From: a virus
Lineage: Duplodnaviria > Caudoviricetes
Direction: 5' to 3' (one strand)
Virus record (IMG/VR): IMGVR_UViG_3300044471_000007
Span: 1-29,116 of that record
Length of the DNA: 29,116 bases
The position numbers were made by a program, and so were the translations under genes. A model generated the notes under the pieces. That model was not told where the DNA came from. It saw nothing but the letters and a program-made list of their open reading frames with translations, and made no database searches. This document shows, in pieces, positions 13,637 to 23,360 of this stretch (position 1 is the stretch's first letter; the number at the start of each line of letters is the position of its first letter).

Positions 13637-15654
13637 ACCTTTCAAAAGAAAAAACCGCCGACGAACTTATTGCTTGGGTTGCTGAAGCTGTCAACATCCA
13701 CCAGGTTTGGCGCAAGGAGAGTTGGGAGGATTATGAGTTTCGGGATGGCGTTCAGTGGAGTGAAGAGGAGAAGGATACCCTCATCAATGAGAAGAATATC
13801 CAGCCTCTAACCATAAACCGCATTACCCCAATTATAAAGTTCATTCATGGATGGTTCATACTCAATCAAAGAGACTACAGCGTAAAGGGTAGAACAAAAG
13901 AAGATGTAGAGCTTGGTCAAGTGATGTCTGAAGCTCTGATGTTTGTTAGGGATCAAAATAAAGGGATACAGAAGATTTCCAATGCTTTCTTGGAACAGAT
14001 AATTACTGGTATAGGATGTACCAAAGTCTTTTATAACAGTGATCCAAGAAAGGAAAAAGTAAGTTTTACACGAGTCCCTTGGCACGACATCTGGTGGGAC
14101 CCATTTTCCACCCCCTGGTTTGATTCTGAGACAGCCCGATATGCTTTCACAGCACCTTGGAAAGACCTTGATGTGTTTTGTAGCTTCTTCCCTGATAAAG
14201 CTCAAGAGATCAAAGAGCAGTTTGATGCAGCCGCATCGGATTCTCTGGGTAGTATTAGCAGGGATGAAAGTGCTTCAGTCGAAGACTTTAAGAGACAACT
14301 TTCTTCTATGGGGTACTGGACTGATACTGAAAGAAAGCGTATCAGACCAGTCGAGATGTGGTACCCTGTTTTCGACGAACGATTGTTCTTGAAGATGCGT
14401 AATGGCCGGATACTCGATCTTGAGGACATGTCAGGCCAAGACCGTTTTGAAGCACTGCGGTATTCTAAGGAGTTGATAACTGCCACAGTTCGTAAGATGC
14501 GAGTGGCTGTTCTGTTCAACACTATGAAGGTTTATGACATTCCTTCGCCGTTGCCCTTTGATGATTTTCCGTTTTCAACCTTTGTTGCTTACACGGATCG
14601 CTTTGGTTTACCATTTGGGGTGCCCAGAGAACTCACTGACCTGAGTAAAGAGCTAAACAAGAGACGTTCTGTAGCTCTTGCCCGTGCTGATGACTTTAGG
14701 ATGTTCACGGAAAAAGGGGCTGTTGAAGACCCCGATACCGCGTATTATGAGGCCAACAGATCAAGGGGTCACATAATTCTCACTCCCGGTAAAATGGGAA
14801 AGGTCGTTATTGAGGACTTAAAAGACCTTGCTAGCACTCAGATGGCCTTGGCCCAGCAGACCAGACAAGAGATCAATGAAGTCTCAGGAACTCTGGATGA
14901 GAGCATGGCGATCCCAGACCAAGTGCAAAGTGAAGGTGCGTTACAAGAGAAAAAAGGGTTACAGAATATAAAGTTAGCGAGCTTGTTCCAGAATGCTGAT
15001 TTAGCCATAAAGGACTTAGGTACAAAGCTATGCTCTATGATACAGGATTCTTGGACAGAAGAGAAGACTTTTAGAGTCACTGACAGAATGACTGGAGTTG
15101 ATGCTTTCGTTAAGATCAATCAGAGTGTAGTTGGCCCGAATGGAGAGACCATCCAGGTCAAGAACAATATTGCTGAATCCACTTTTGACATTGTTGTTAC
15201 TACCTCTCAGGTCACAGACACTCAGAGGGATAAAACCCTTGACTTGATCTTTAGTGCTCTGAACAAGGCACCACCTGAAGCGATAGCCCCCCTCCTCAAC
15301 CTGGGTCTGGCTATGTCAGACATCCCAGATAAGGGTGAATGGCTTGAGCAGATCATGAATGCCACTGGGATGGAAAAACACCCTGACGGCATGAGCAAGG
15401 AAGACAAAGACGCAGCGAAACTGGAGAAGGCGAAGGCTGCTCAACAGCAACAAGAGTTCGACCGGAATCTTGCGATTCAGACTCAAACAGTTGCGAACCA
15501 AGAGAAAGCGGCGAACACTGAGAAGTTGAGAGCTGAAGCCCTCGCTACTCTTAAAGAGGCAGACCGGAAGAAGGACGAACTTGTTCTGGAACAATTCAAA
15601 GTAGGACAGGAGGCCGCTAAAAACCTTGGACAAGAGAGAGGAAGCAAAGTTTAA
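13627..15654 (+). CDS. portal protein (P22-like)
   Basis: 675 aa after TerL; EDYEFRDGVQWSEEE, PLTINRI, ELNKRRS motifs; C-terminal helical barrel-like region. Confidence 0.92.
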   Translation: MGLNLSKEKTADELIAWVAEAVNIHQVWRKESWEDYEFRDGVQWSEEEKDTLINEKNIQPLTINRITPIIKFIHGWFILNQRDYSVKGRTKEDVELGQVMSEALMFVRDQNKGIQKISNAFLEQIITGIGCTKVFYNSDPRKEKVSFTRVPWHDIWWDPFSTPWFDSETARYAFTAPWKDLDVFCSFFPDKAQEIKEQFDAAASDSLGSISRDESASVEDFKRQLSSMGYWTDTERKRIRPVEMWYPVFDERLFLKMRNGRILDLEDMSGQDRFEALRYSKELITATVRKMRVAVLFNTMKVYDIPSPLPFDDFPFSTFVAYTDRFGLPFGVPRELTDLSKELNKRRSVALARADDFRMFTEKGAVEDPDTAYYEANRSRGHIILTPGKMGKVVIEDLKDLASTQMALAQQTRQEINEVSGTLDESMAIPDQVQSEGALQEKKGLQNIKLASLFQNADLAIKDLGTKLCSMIQDSWTEEKTFRVTDRMTGVDAFVKINQSVVGPNGETIQVKNNIAESTFDIVVTTSQVTDTQRDKTLDLIFSALNKAPPEAIAPLLNLGLAMSDIPDKGEWLEQIMNATGMEKHPDGMSKEDKDAAKLEKAKAAQQQQEFDRNLAIQTQTVANQEKAANTEKLRAEALATLKEADRKKDELVLEQFKVGQEAAKNLGQERGSKV

Positions 15655-15856
15655 AAGGGATCGTGAGAGATTCTTCAAGGGCCATCAGCCTGTCCCAAAT
15701 GGGAAGAACCCAGTGTTCTGGAACATGAAGCAGACTGAAGAGATGAGAAGCAGTTACAGTAGTAACTTTGAAAGGATTTTCAATTCGTCAGGGCGACGTA
15801 AAACCAATAACTCGTCAGTTGACACGTCAGTCAACACCGGAGCAAGTCATGAGTGA
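15626..15856 (+). CDS. small hypothetical protein
   Basis: Fills the portal-scaffold gap; TTG start with AGGAGG upstream; Y..NFERIF motif resembles that of small phage proteins. Confidence 0.5.
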   Translation: MDKREEAKFKRDRERFFKGHQPVPNGKNPVFWNMKQTEEMRSSYSSNFERIFNSSGRRKTNNSSVDTSVNTGASHE

Positions 15857-15885
15857 AACTACGTCAGTTGACACGTCAGTCAACA
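15813..15885. repeat. 24-bp direct repeat with an internal palindrome, flanking the scaffold RBS/start
   Basis: cgtcaGTTGACacgtcaGTCAACa at 15813-15836 and 15862-15885. Confidence 0.92.
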
Positions 15886-16949
15886 GTGTATTAGATGATC
15901 ATTTTGCCAGCATGGGTCTTGTAGCTGTTTCTGAAGCGGACTTAGGAAAAGAAGCTGAACCCGAAGAGCCTTCTGAGATCGAAGACACGGATGACTCAGA
16001 GCCGTTAGAGGACGAGGACAAAGCTGAAGAGACTGAGGCACCTGAAGAGGAGACAACCGAAGAACCAGAAGAGGAAAATGCCGCTGAAGAAGCTGCTGAA
16101 GAAGAGCCAGAGGGAGACTCAACAAAGCCCCCTAAAGGTTATGTCCCGCTGCAAGCTCTGCACGAGGCTCGCACGAGGGCTTCGGGTCTTCAGGCCGAAG
16201 TAACCCAACTGAAAGCCAAGCTCTACGAGGCCACCAAGCCGAAAAAAGTCGAACCCCCTCTGGTTACTGAGACAGAGGTGTCTAAGTTCAAAGACTTTAA
16301 AGTCCTAAGTAAAGCTGAAGCTGCGGCTTTGATGGAAGACAACGCGACGGCAGGGTTGGAGTACGTGGAGAAGTTGTCTGAATACATGGACTACTCTTCA
16401 AGGCTGGCAAAGCAGCAAGTACTTGATGCCTCCGAAAAAGCTAAGGAAGCACAGGAAGAAGCAGAAGCAGCAAAGGTAAGGGAAAGTGTTTATACCGAGT
16501 TTGAACGGTTGATCCCTAACATTATGGCGGAAGATCGTACAGTCTCTAATGACTGGGCGGATTTTGCTGAATCTAAGGGTTTCAGTGAAGACCTCTTTCC
16601 TTTGCTGAGTCCAGACACCATTATCTCTCCGGCAGGAAAAGAGCCTTTCAGAGTCGGCAAAAACGCTGTTGGCCTGCTAAAGATGATCATGGAGTTGCGG
16701 AAAGCTCCAAGTAAGGATGACCTGAAGAAGCAGATCAGGACTGAACTAACCAAGGAGTTAAAGGCTGAGTTGGGTAACAAGGCTGTCGCTGACATCAAGT
16801 CAAAGAAAGCCGTGAAGCCCCAGATGCAAGACATCCCCGATGCCGCAAAGAGCACACCCAAGTTGGTTGTGCTCAGTGACAAGGCATACGAGAAACTAAG
16901 TGAACAAGACAAACAAAGGTATCTCATGGGTACCTTGTATGGAGGATAA
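15849..16949 (+). CDS. capsid scaffolding protein
   Basis: Start likely ATG 15849 (GGAG RBS at 15839-15842). Very acidic N-terminus, VPLQALHEAR plus coiled coil, YEKLSEQDKQRYL tail; lies between portal and capsid. Confidence 0.85.
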   Translation: MSETTSVDTSVNSVLDDHFASMGLVAVSEADLGKEAEPEEPSEIEDTDDSEPLEDEDKAEETEAPEEETTEEPEEENAAEEAAEEEPEGDSTKPPKGYVPLQALHEARTRASGLQAEVTQLKAKLYEATKPKKVEPPLVTETEVSKFKDFKVLSKAEAAALMEDNATAGLEYVEKLSEYMDYSSRLAKQQVLDASEKAKEAQEEAEAAKVRESVYTEFERLIPNIMAEDRTVSNDWADFAESKGFSEDLFPLLSPDTIISPAGKEPFRVGKNAVGLLKMIMELRKAPSKDDLKKQIRTELTKELKAELGNKAVADIKSKKAVKPQMQDIPDAAKSTPKLVVLSDKAYEKLSEQDKQRYLMGTLYGG

Positions 16950-16953
16950 GTAA

Positions 16954-18048
16954 ATGGCAACATCAACTAATTTCGCACTCAATGATCCATTGGCAGTGCG
17001 TCTCTGGAGTCAATCTCTGTCCTTGGAAGCTGTCAAGGATATGTACTTCTCCAAGTTTATCGGGGAGAGCCTTGATTCTATGCTGGTGCTCAAGACCGAT
17101 TTGGCCAAAGGAGCTGGTGAGAGCATCACTGTTGGGCTTCGCATGAAGCTGACCAAACCGGGTGTTGAAGGTGATGCTGACATTGACACAGGTACTAACG
17201 GTCGCGAGGGAATGACTTTCTTTGACGACAAGATTGGTATAGACACCCTTTCTATGGGTACCTCATCTGCTGGTAAGATGTCTGAACAACGTGTGCCGTA
17301 TAACATCCGTAAGCAAGGTATGGATGCCCTTCGGATATGGTGGTCAGAGATGTTTGATGAGCTGATCATGTACTCCCTGGCAGGTGCTCGTGGTGTTACG
17401 ACTTCAGGGATGCTTCAGCCGGTGACTTTTACTGGTCGTGCTGAAAACCCCCTTACCGCACCTGATGCGGCCCATCTTGCATACGGTGGCAATGCCACTG
17501 GCAAAATTGATATTGATACCAGTGACAAGCCTTCTCTCATGAGTATTGAGAAGTTGCGCACTAAAGCTGGTTTGGTGGCTCCAACACTCACGCCCTTTAA
17601 GGTTGGTGGCTCCAGCAAGTATGTGTACCTGGTTCACCCAATTCAGGCGTACTTAATGCGGACGAGCACGACTGAGAACGACTGGTTGAAGGTGCATTTA
17701 GCTACTGATTCGGGTCTGGGCAAACAAGCTATGATGTACTCTGGGGCGATGGGTGAGTACGCAGACGCAATTATCCATGAGAGCCGCAACGTGGTGCAGT
17801 TCGATGACTATGGTGCAGCCGGAAACCTTCCAGCAGCCCGTGCTCTCTTCTTGGGTGCTCAGTCTGGTTTGGTAGCGTATGGCCGGGATGGCGGCCCTTC
17901 AAACATTAAGTGGCATGAGGAGCTGAAGAACGGTGGTAAGCAGTTGTTTATCAGTACTTACGCCATCTTTGGTACCAAACAGTCTCGGTTCAACAGTAAG
18001 ACTTTTGGCCTTATTGCTGAAGACTCTTACTGCCCGTTGACGGTATAA
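16954..18048 (+). CDS. major capsid protein (N4-gp56/DUF4043 type)
   Basis: NDPLAVRLWS, DLAKGAGESITVGLRMKL, GKMSEQRVPYNIR, YLVHPIQAYLMR, ARALFLGAQ; GGAGG RBS. Confidence 0.93.
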   Translation: MATSTNFALNDPLAVRLWSQSLSLEAVKDMYFSKFIGESLDSMLVLKTDLAKGAGESITVGLRMKLTKPGVEGDADIDTGTNGREGMTFFDDKIGIDTLSMGTSSAGKMSEQRVPYNIRKQGMDALRIWWSEMFDELIMYSLAGARGVTTSGMLQPVTFTGRAENPLTAPDAAHLAYGGNATGKIDIDTSDKPSLMSIEKLRTKAGLVAPTLTPFKVGGSSKYVYLVHPIQAYLMRTSTTENDWLKVHLATDSGLGKQAMMYSGAMGEYADAIIHESRNVVQFDDYGAAGNLPAARALFLGAQSGLVAYGRDGGPSNIKWHEELKNGGKQLFISTYAIFGTKQSRFNSKTFGLIAEDSYCPLTV

Positions 18049-18057
18049 ACCTTTGAA

Positions 18058-18082
18058 GGTGTGCGCTGTAATGGCGCACACC
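18058..18082 (+). other. stem-loop after the capsid gene (mRNA stability or partial terminator)
   Basis: ggtgtgcgc-tgtaatg-gcgcacacc; no U-tract; directly followed by the AGGAG RBS. Confidence 0.65.
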
Positions 18083-18095
18083 AGGAGATCATAAC

Positions 18096-18320
18096 ATGAA
18101 GTTGAAGTATATCGGAAATAGACCTGAGTCCATGAGTTGCGTCTCTCACCCTCGTCTTGAGAAAGGCCCCTACAACTTCGTGAAGCGGGTCTGCGAGGTG
18201 GATGCTAAGGATGCTGCTTTCCTTCTGGAGCAGAATCCACGGTCTTTTGAGGTCACTAACGAGGCTGTACCACCAGAGAAGACTGTACCGCTGACCACTG
18301 TACCACCAGAGACCAAGTAG
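18096..18320 (+). CDS. small hypothetical virion-associated protein
   Basis: MKLKYIG N-terminus, strong RBS, positioned just after the capsid gene. Confidence 0.8.
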   Translation: MKLKYIGNRPESMSCVSHPRLEKGPYNFVKRVCEVDAKDAAFLLEQNPRSFEVTNEAVPPEKTVPLTTVPPETK

Positions 18321-18329
18321 GAGGGAGAG

Positions 18330-18977
18330 ATGGTTACATTTGAGGACATCAAGAACGGTATTATCAAGTCACTACAGGACAGCAGTGTTGCTGTTTCCAC
18401 TATCGAGAGCTTGATAAACTCAGGAGTGCAGTTCGTTTCTGAACGTGTAAGGCTCCCAGCTCTTGATGTATTTGGGAGTGTCAGCATCACTTCCAACGCT
18501 AATTTTGTAACCATCCCTTCTGCATGGAATTATCAGAGGGGTCTCTATGATGCCATTTCAGGTGATAAACAGGTCTTAACTGTTTACCCCTCAATAATGT
18601 CCTTACGGCGCACCATCGGAGACACCTCTGAGATTCAAGTAGGTCAGCCACAAGCTATCGCAGTAGTCGGCGGCAAGTTACATTACTACAAATCATCTGA
18701 CACCACCCTGAATTGCCGATTCTTTTGTAACCCTCCCCCCTTGGTTAATGATACAGATGAGTTGACGTGTATCCCTGGAGGACATGCAAAGATACTTATT
18801 GAAAGCTATGTTCTGGCGTACTTATTTGCTCTCAGTGAAGATGGTGTCGAGGGGCCGAAGACAAATACCAGATTTCATCAGTTGATGTTTGAAAGGTACA
18901 TTGAACAACTGGATATTTCAATTGAGAGTGGTCAACCTGCACCAGAACAAGTGCGTTACCCTTTTTGGAAAATATAA
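18330..18977 (+). CDS. head-tail adaptor (tail tubular A-like)
   Basis: 215 aa; INSGVQFV, GQPQ, PPPLVNDTDELTCIP..H..LI pattern typical of podoviral adaptors; gene position. Confidence 0.7.
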   Translation: MVTFEDIKNGIIKSLQDSSVAVSTIESLINSGVQFVSERVRLPALDVFGSVSITSNANFVTIPSAWNYQRGLYDAISGDKQVLTVYPSIMSLRRTIGDTSEIQVGQPQAIAVVGGKLHYYKSSDTTLNCRFFCNPPPLVNDTDELTCIPGGHAKILIESYVLAYLFALSEDGVEGPKTNTRFHQLMFERYIEQLDISIESGQPAPEQVRYPFWKI

Positions 18978-19880
18978 ATGCAATTACCTGTCTTCAGAGC
19001 CTCTGCTGGGCTAAATACCAGAGTCCCTGATTCCCGACTTCGGTTAGGGGGTGATACAGGTGTCTGTGATCTAGCTGAGGCCGTGAACGTTGTTCATGAT
19101 GAGACCGGCAGGCTATCCAAGAGGAGGGGGTACACCCTGGTGTCTTCTGGAGATCACCACAGCCTATTCCAGTGCGGTGACGTAGCATACGTGGTAAAGA
19201 ACGGTTCTCTGTATTCTGTGAATAGCTTAGGAATCTATTCTGGGATACGCGCAGATGTTGGTAGCACCAGGATGTCTTATGTGAGTTTAGGGCAGGAAGT
19301 CTATTATGCTAACTCAGTAATAAATGGTGTGATCAGGGCAGGACGGTCTTATGCTTGGCCTGTGGGGGCTTATACTGGGCCAGACACGCATAGAACTTTT
19401 TCTCAAGCACCTGTAGGGTCGCACCTTGCGTATTTCGCAGGACGTATGATAGTTGCCAAAGATAATGTCCTCTGGTTCTCAGAGCCTTGGTCTCCTGGGT
19501 TGTTTGATCTGGCAAGTGGGTTCGTACAGTTCAACAGTGATATTCTCATGGTTAAACACGTGAGGACTGGCATATTTATCTCAGACACAGAATCCACTTG
19601 GTTTTTAGAAGGGACAGACTTTAAAGAATTTTCTCAGAGGAAAGTTGCGGCATTTCCGGCGTTAGAGGGTTCAGTCCTTCAAAAAGACCTAACAGGGTAT
19701 GATATAGGACTCGAGACTGGCGATCTGTGTGCTATATGGGTGTCTTCTTATGGACTCATAGCAGGGTTGCCGGATGGCTCCATCATTAAGTTGAACGATT
19801 CAAAAGTGCAGTACCCGAAGTTCGGAAGAAGGGGTTCTTCTGTGGCTGTTGGGAAAAACATATACCACCATCTCTTTTAA
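18978..19880 (+). CDS. tail/nozzle-like beta-rich structural protein
   Basis: GLNT...LAEAVNV...GRLSKRRGY N-terminus and GRMIVA..NVLWFSEP repeat typical of tail tubular B/stabilization proteins. Confidence 0.65.
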   Translation: MQLPVFRASAGLNTRVPDSRLRLGGDTGVCDLAEAVNVVHDETGRLSKRRGYTLVSSGDHHSLFQCGDVAYVVKNGSLYSVNSLGIYSGIRADVGSTRMSYVSLGQEVYYANSVINGVIRAGRSYAWPVGAYTGPDTHRTFSQAPVGSHLAYFAGRMIVAKDNVLWFSEPWSPGLFDLASGFVQFNSDILMVKHVRTGIFISDTESTWFLEGTDFKEFSQRKVAAFPALEGSVLQKDLTGYDIGLETGDLCAIWVSSYGLIAGLPDGSIIKLNDSKVQYPKFGRRGSSVAVGKNIYHHLF

Positions 19881-19894
19881 CAGGGGGTTTCAAC

Positions 19895-20623
19895 ATGGCA
19901 CTAAGGCTTTCTACTGGACTTAGAAACCAGATACTCAGTCTCAAGGCTGGAGTAATTTTCGTTAAGGTAGCCGCAACTACCATCTCCTTTGAGGCTGGAA
20001 CAGGGCCTCATGGCGGCGATCTTATCAAGGATTCAGCCAACGGCCTTGGTAACGCAATTGTCCGAGGGCGCATCACCGTCTTTGGTTCAACCAGTAATAA
20101 TGGCACTTTTGATGTTGATTATGTGCTAACTGATGGTTCACAAATTGAACTCCCAGTAGGTTCTTTGGTTGCCGGAGCCGCAGGCCCCGCAGTTTCTCTT
20201 GCGACTGCTTTAGGTGGCTCTTTTAGTGACCTGTTCCGAAACTGCGTGATCCGTATTTTCCCTGGAGTTCAGCCGGTGTCTGCGGACAGTGATGAGGGGA
20301 CTTCACATCTGGTGGAGCTTACCCTGTCTTCTGCACCTTTCTCGGTGGGTGGTCTCAACGGTCTCAACATGCACACAAGCACTTCTGGGACTATGATCAA
20401 AAATCCCTTTGAGGTATGGTCGGGGAATATTATAACTTCAGGCACCGCAGGATGGGCACGTATGTATGACCGGAACAGAACCACGGGGGCGAGCACTACA
20501 GCAGTCAGACTTGATGGAAGTGTAGCAACAACGGGGGCGCAGTTCAATATGGCGACCACCACGTTGACAGCAGGGTCTCCGATCTCCCTGGATAGCCTGA
20601 ACGTCACACAGCCAACGTTATAA
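19895..20623 (+). CDS. virion structural protein (tail-associated)
   Basis: MALRLSTGLRN...QP.SAD...GTAGWAR...RLDG; Gly/Thr/Ser-rich. Confidence 0.7.
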   Translation: MALRLSTGLRNQILSLKAGVIFVKVAATTISFEAGTGPHGGDLIKDSANGLGNAIVRGRITVFGSTSNNGTFDVDYVLTDGSQIELPVGSLVAGAAGPAVSLATALGGSFSDLFRNCVIRIFPGVQPVSADSDEGTSHLVELTLSSAPFSVGGLNGLNMHTSTSGTMIKNPFEVWSGNIITSGTAGWARMYDRNRTTGASTTAVRLDGSVATTGAQFNMATTTLTAGSPISLDSLNVTQPTL

Positions 20624-21165
20624 TGAACACGGGGAATGTTCAACTCTTAGCACTTGAGAGCACTGCTTATTCTGGTGCAGTTGAGCATACCTGTTACCTC
20701 AGAACTCGTGTTTTAGGTTCTGAGGATTCTCTGGTGAGTATTAAACCAGAGAACCCCACTGGGTATAAGTCTTCATTAAACGCAGGAGACACCTGTATGG
20801 TGTGGGACATCTTCAACAGAGTTTATGTATTCAAACTTGTAGAAGGCCCACATACAGAAGTTATACCAAATGTAGTGAGTGTTACAGTTTCATTGTACTG
20901 GGAGCTGCAAAAGTGTTTTACTGCCAAGAATATAAGGGTAGAGCAGTTCCAGATAAGCTCTATCCCCCTTGGTTCTGAGTACATCCTTACACATGCCAAC
21001 CACAATCGTGATAATAGCCAAGCCCCCGTAATACAGATTTACATAGATAACAAGATCAGTACAAGTGCAGTTAGGGTCTATGTGCTTTCGAGCACACAGT
21101 TGAAGTTAGTCCCAACCACTGGTACCCTAAATAATCTCACCGTTAACGTAGTAACAGCAATATGA
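20623..21165 (+). CDS. hypothetical tail-associated protein
   Basis: TAATG coupling to the upstream gene; C-terminal small beta-sandwich motif (LTH...PVIQIY...VRVYVLSSTQLKL). Confidence 0.7.
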   Translation: MNTGNVQLLALESTAYSGAVEHTCYLRTRVLGSEDSLVSIKPENPTGYKSSLNAGDTCMVWDIFNRVYVFKLVEGPHTEVIPNVVSVTVSLYWELQKCFTAKNIRVEQFQISSIPLGSEYILTHANHNRDNSQAPVIQIYIDNKISTSAVRVYVLSSTQLKLVPTTGTLNNLTVNVVTAI

Positions 21166-23360
21166 CTTGCTCACCAGTTAGTTCTGACTCAATACTACCA
21201 AGAACAGAGATAATCTGGAATGGTGGGTTATGTGAATCTGATGGGCTTCGTTATTCTAATTTTGGTGTTGCTGGGCGCAGTGGTTTTTACTTGGGCACTC
21301 TTGATGAGTTCTGCTACTTTTCAGCTAAGAACTTAGTGACTCTCTTTCATGCAACTTGTGATTTACCTGTTGAAGGGTTTATACAGTCCTACAATCTTAA
21401 CCCGGACAGCACTAATGAGTATAGTGTATTTACTTTTCCTTCAATAGGAGAAGACCTCTTTAGCTCTGTATCACATTTAGAAATCACACCAGATTCAACT
21501 TCTGGTACAGCTATTTTTGACCTGCCCACGAACCAGACCACCGCAGCTATGTCTGGGGTAAAGAATATACTCTTCTATGGCGTTGCCGGAAACTTCAATT
21601 TTAGCTACCCCTATAACTCTACCACTTTTAGCAGTTATGGAGTTGAGTCTGGTGGTGTCTTTATTGCAGGCCCCAGTTCTATCTCTAAAGGAACTGAGAC
21701 TGTTTCACTCCCAGTCATTCAACTTGGCAGCAGAAGCCCTGATAACATTCTTAGCACTCTCACAACCGCAGACCCACTGTATTCGAGTTTCCCTGTGGTA
21801 GAGTTAGATGCGACACACTGTGTATGCGGAAGACTCGTTCGATCAGGGGCTACGTACTCTGTTTATATTGACCTATACACAGCCAACTTTACAACTAAAA
21901 AACTTGATCTTACTTCATCAACTCTGCTATGGGCTAATGAGCCTGCCCCCCTGGTTTATCCTTTTGGTTCTAATCGAATATGCTTTGTTCCTACTCGCAA
22001 TGTTCTTTACATCGGCCAGCCCCATTACACGGGAACAAAAACCAATGAGGGAATGCTCTATGCGTTAAACTGGAACGGGACTTCTCTTTCAGTAGGCACA
22101 CATCTAACTTACGCAACTCGTGTAGCTTTCTTGGGTTCTTGCATTGGTTGGGACGCAGTTAATAATTACATAATCGTTGGATTCACTGGGGACGACATAC
22201 ATGCTATAAAACCAGATAACACAAAGATAAGCATGTACGCAGGCCCTAGCAACTCCAAGTTAGGGTGGTCTTTTGCAGTTGGTGACGGGTACATGCTTGC
22301 AAGAGATAACAGCATCACTGCTACTCGGTTATTCTCAATAGGTGCTACTGCATTGTCGTACCTTCAGGTGAACTACTTTTTTGATGCCACATCTACCGTA
22401 AATTACGCGGGTGTTCTGTACCCAAATGGACGTTCTGGTGCGCGAGTGCCCTTTCTCCAGGTGAAGAATGGAAGTTACTACGGCTGGTCATACAAGACGC
22501 AGGCAAGCAATGGAATGTCGTCTAGCAGCAGTTATAGTGCGCCTGCTGATACACTGTCGGTGTTATGCTGGAGCAGGCTCCCTAGTTCACCTTATAAGTG
22601 CATCGGATGGGACAATGGTTATGTGGTATCTAACAACCTACAGGCTAACTGGGGTTATTCGTTTTCTAACCTTCTACCAGATACCTTGGCTGGGGTATCC
22701 CCTTTGTCTTCTGTATCAATGTGCTTTTCTAATGGCACAGATGAATTTTACGCTTATGCCTTCTGTTCAACAGATCAACTAACCAGGAAATACTTTACAA
22801 TCGAGAGAACTTTAGCTCCTTCAGCACACACCCAGATTGGAGACCATTACATCTCACACTCAATAGACTTATCTAGTTGTGATGATATAATAAGCGTGGC
22901 ATTCAGTTACTCGAACTACCTACTAGACCCCACGGTGTCTCTTAAATTCTTTATAAGGATTAACAATGAGAGTTATTTTATAATAAATTCCGATGGCTCT
23001 ACCACACTCCAAGCGTCTGTGTCTGTCGCAAAAACGAATGCTGTCTTAGCCGAGCATCTTTCAACACGTTTACCCTTACTCAATGTTACGAGTATAGACA
23101 CTTTGGAGTTATTCTTTGTCTTCCATAAAGACTTATCAGAGGCTTCTCCTTTATCTACTCAGAGTATATCTAATCTCACTCTGGAACTCCACGTTCTCCC
23201 ACCTGCTGAACCAGAGATAGTGCTACATTACTCCTCTGGCACTCTTGCTGAGGTGGCCTTTAACTCAGATGGAACGTTAGAAGTTACCCCCCTGTCAGGG
23301 CCTCAAGCCCCCGGTATCTCCCTGGTTACAGTTAAACCTACTTTTCGTGAGGTATTCTGA
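21162..23360 (+). CDS. large beta-rich putative receptor-binding/tail protein
   Basis: 732 aa, Ser/Tyr/Gly-rich, with propeller-like repeats (LYIGQP, FLGSCIGW, LGWSFAV); low-GC block. Confidence 0.7.
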   Translation: MTCSPVSSDSILPRTEIIWNGGLCESDGLRYSNFGVAGRSGFYLGTLDEFCYFSAKNLVTLFHATCDLPVEGFIQSYNLNPDSTNEYSVFTFPSIGEDLFSSVSHLEITPDSTSGTAIFDLPTNQTTAAMSGVKNILFYGVAGNFNFSYPYNSTTFSSYGVESGGVFIAGPSSISKGTETVSLPVIQLGSRSPDNILSTLTTADPLYSSFPVVELDATHCVCGRLVRSGATYSVYIDLYTANFTTKKLDLTSSTLLWANEPAPLVYPFGSNRICFVPTRNVLYIGQPHYTGTKTNEGMLYALNWNGTSLSVGTHLTYATRVAFLGSCIGWDAVNNYIIVGFTGDDIHAIKPDNTKISMYAGPSNSKLGWSFAVGDGYMLARDNSITATRLFSIGATALSYLQVNYFFDATSTVNYAGVLYPNGRSGARVPFLQVKNGSYYGWSYKTQASNGMSSSSSYSAPADTLSVLCWSRLPSSPYKCIGWDNGYVVSNNLQANWGYSFSNLLPDTLAGVSPLSSVSMCFSNGTDEFYAYAFCSTDQLTRKYFTIERTLAPSAHTQIGDHYISHSIDLSSCDDIISVAFSYSNYLLDPTVSLKFFIRINNESYFIINSDGSTTLQASVSVAKTNAVLAEHLSTRLPLLNVTSIDTLELFFVFHKDLSEASPLSTQSISNLTLELHVLPPAEPEIVLHYSSGTLAEVAFNSDGTLEVTPLSGPQAPGISLVTVKPTFREVF

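Noticed and set aside
15819-15900. TTGACA in the twin repeats as sigma70 -35 elements
   Set aside because: No convincing -10 hexamer at 16-18 bp spacing.
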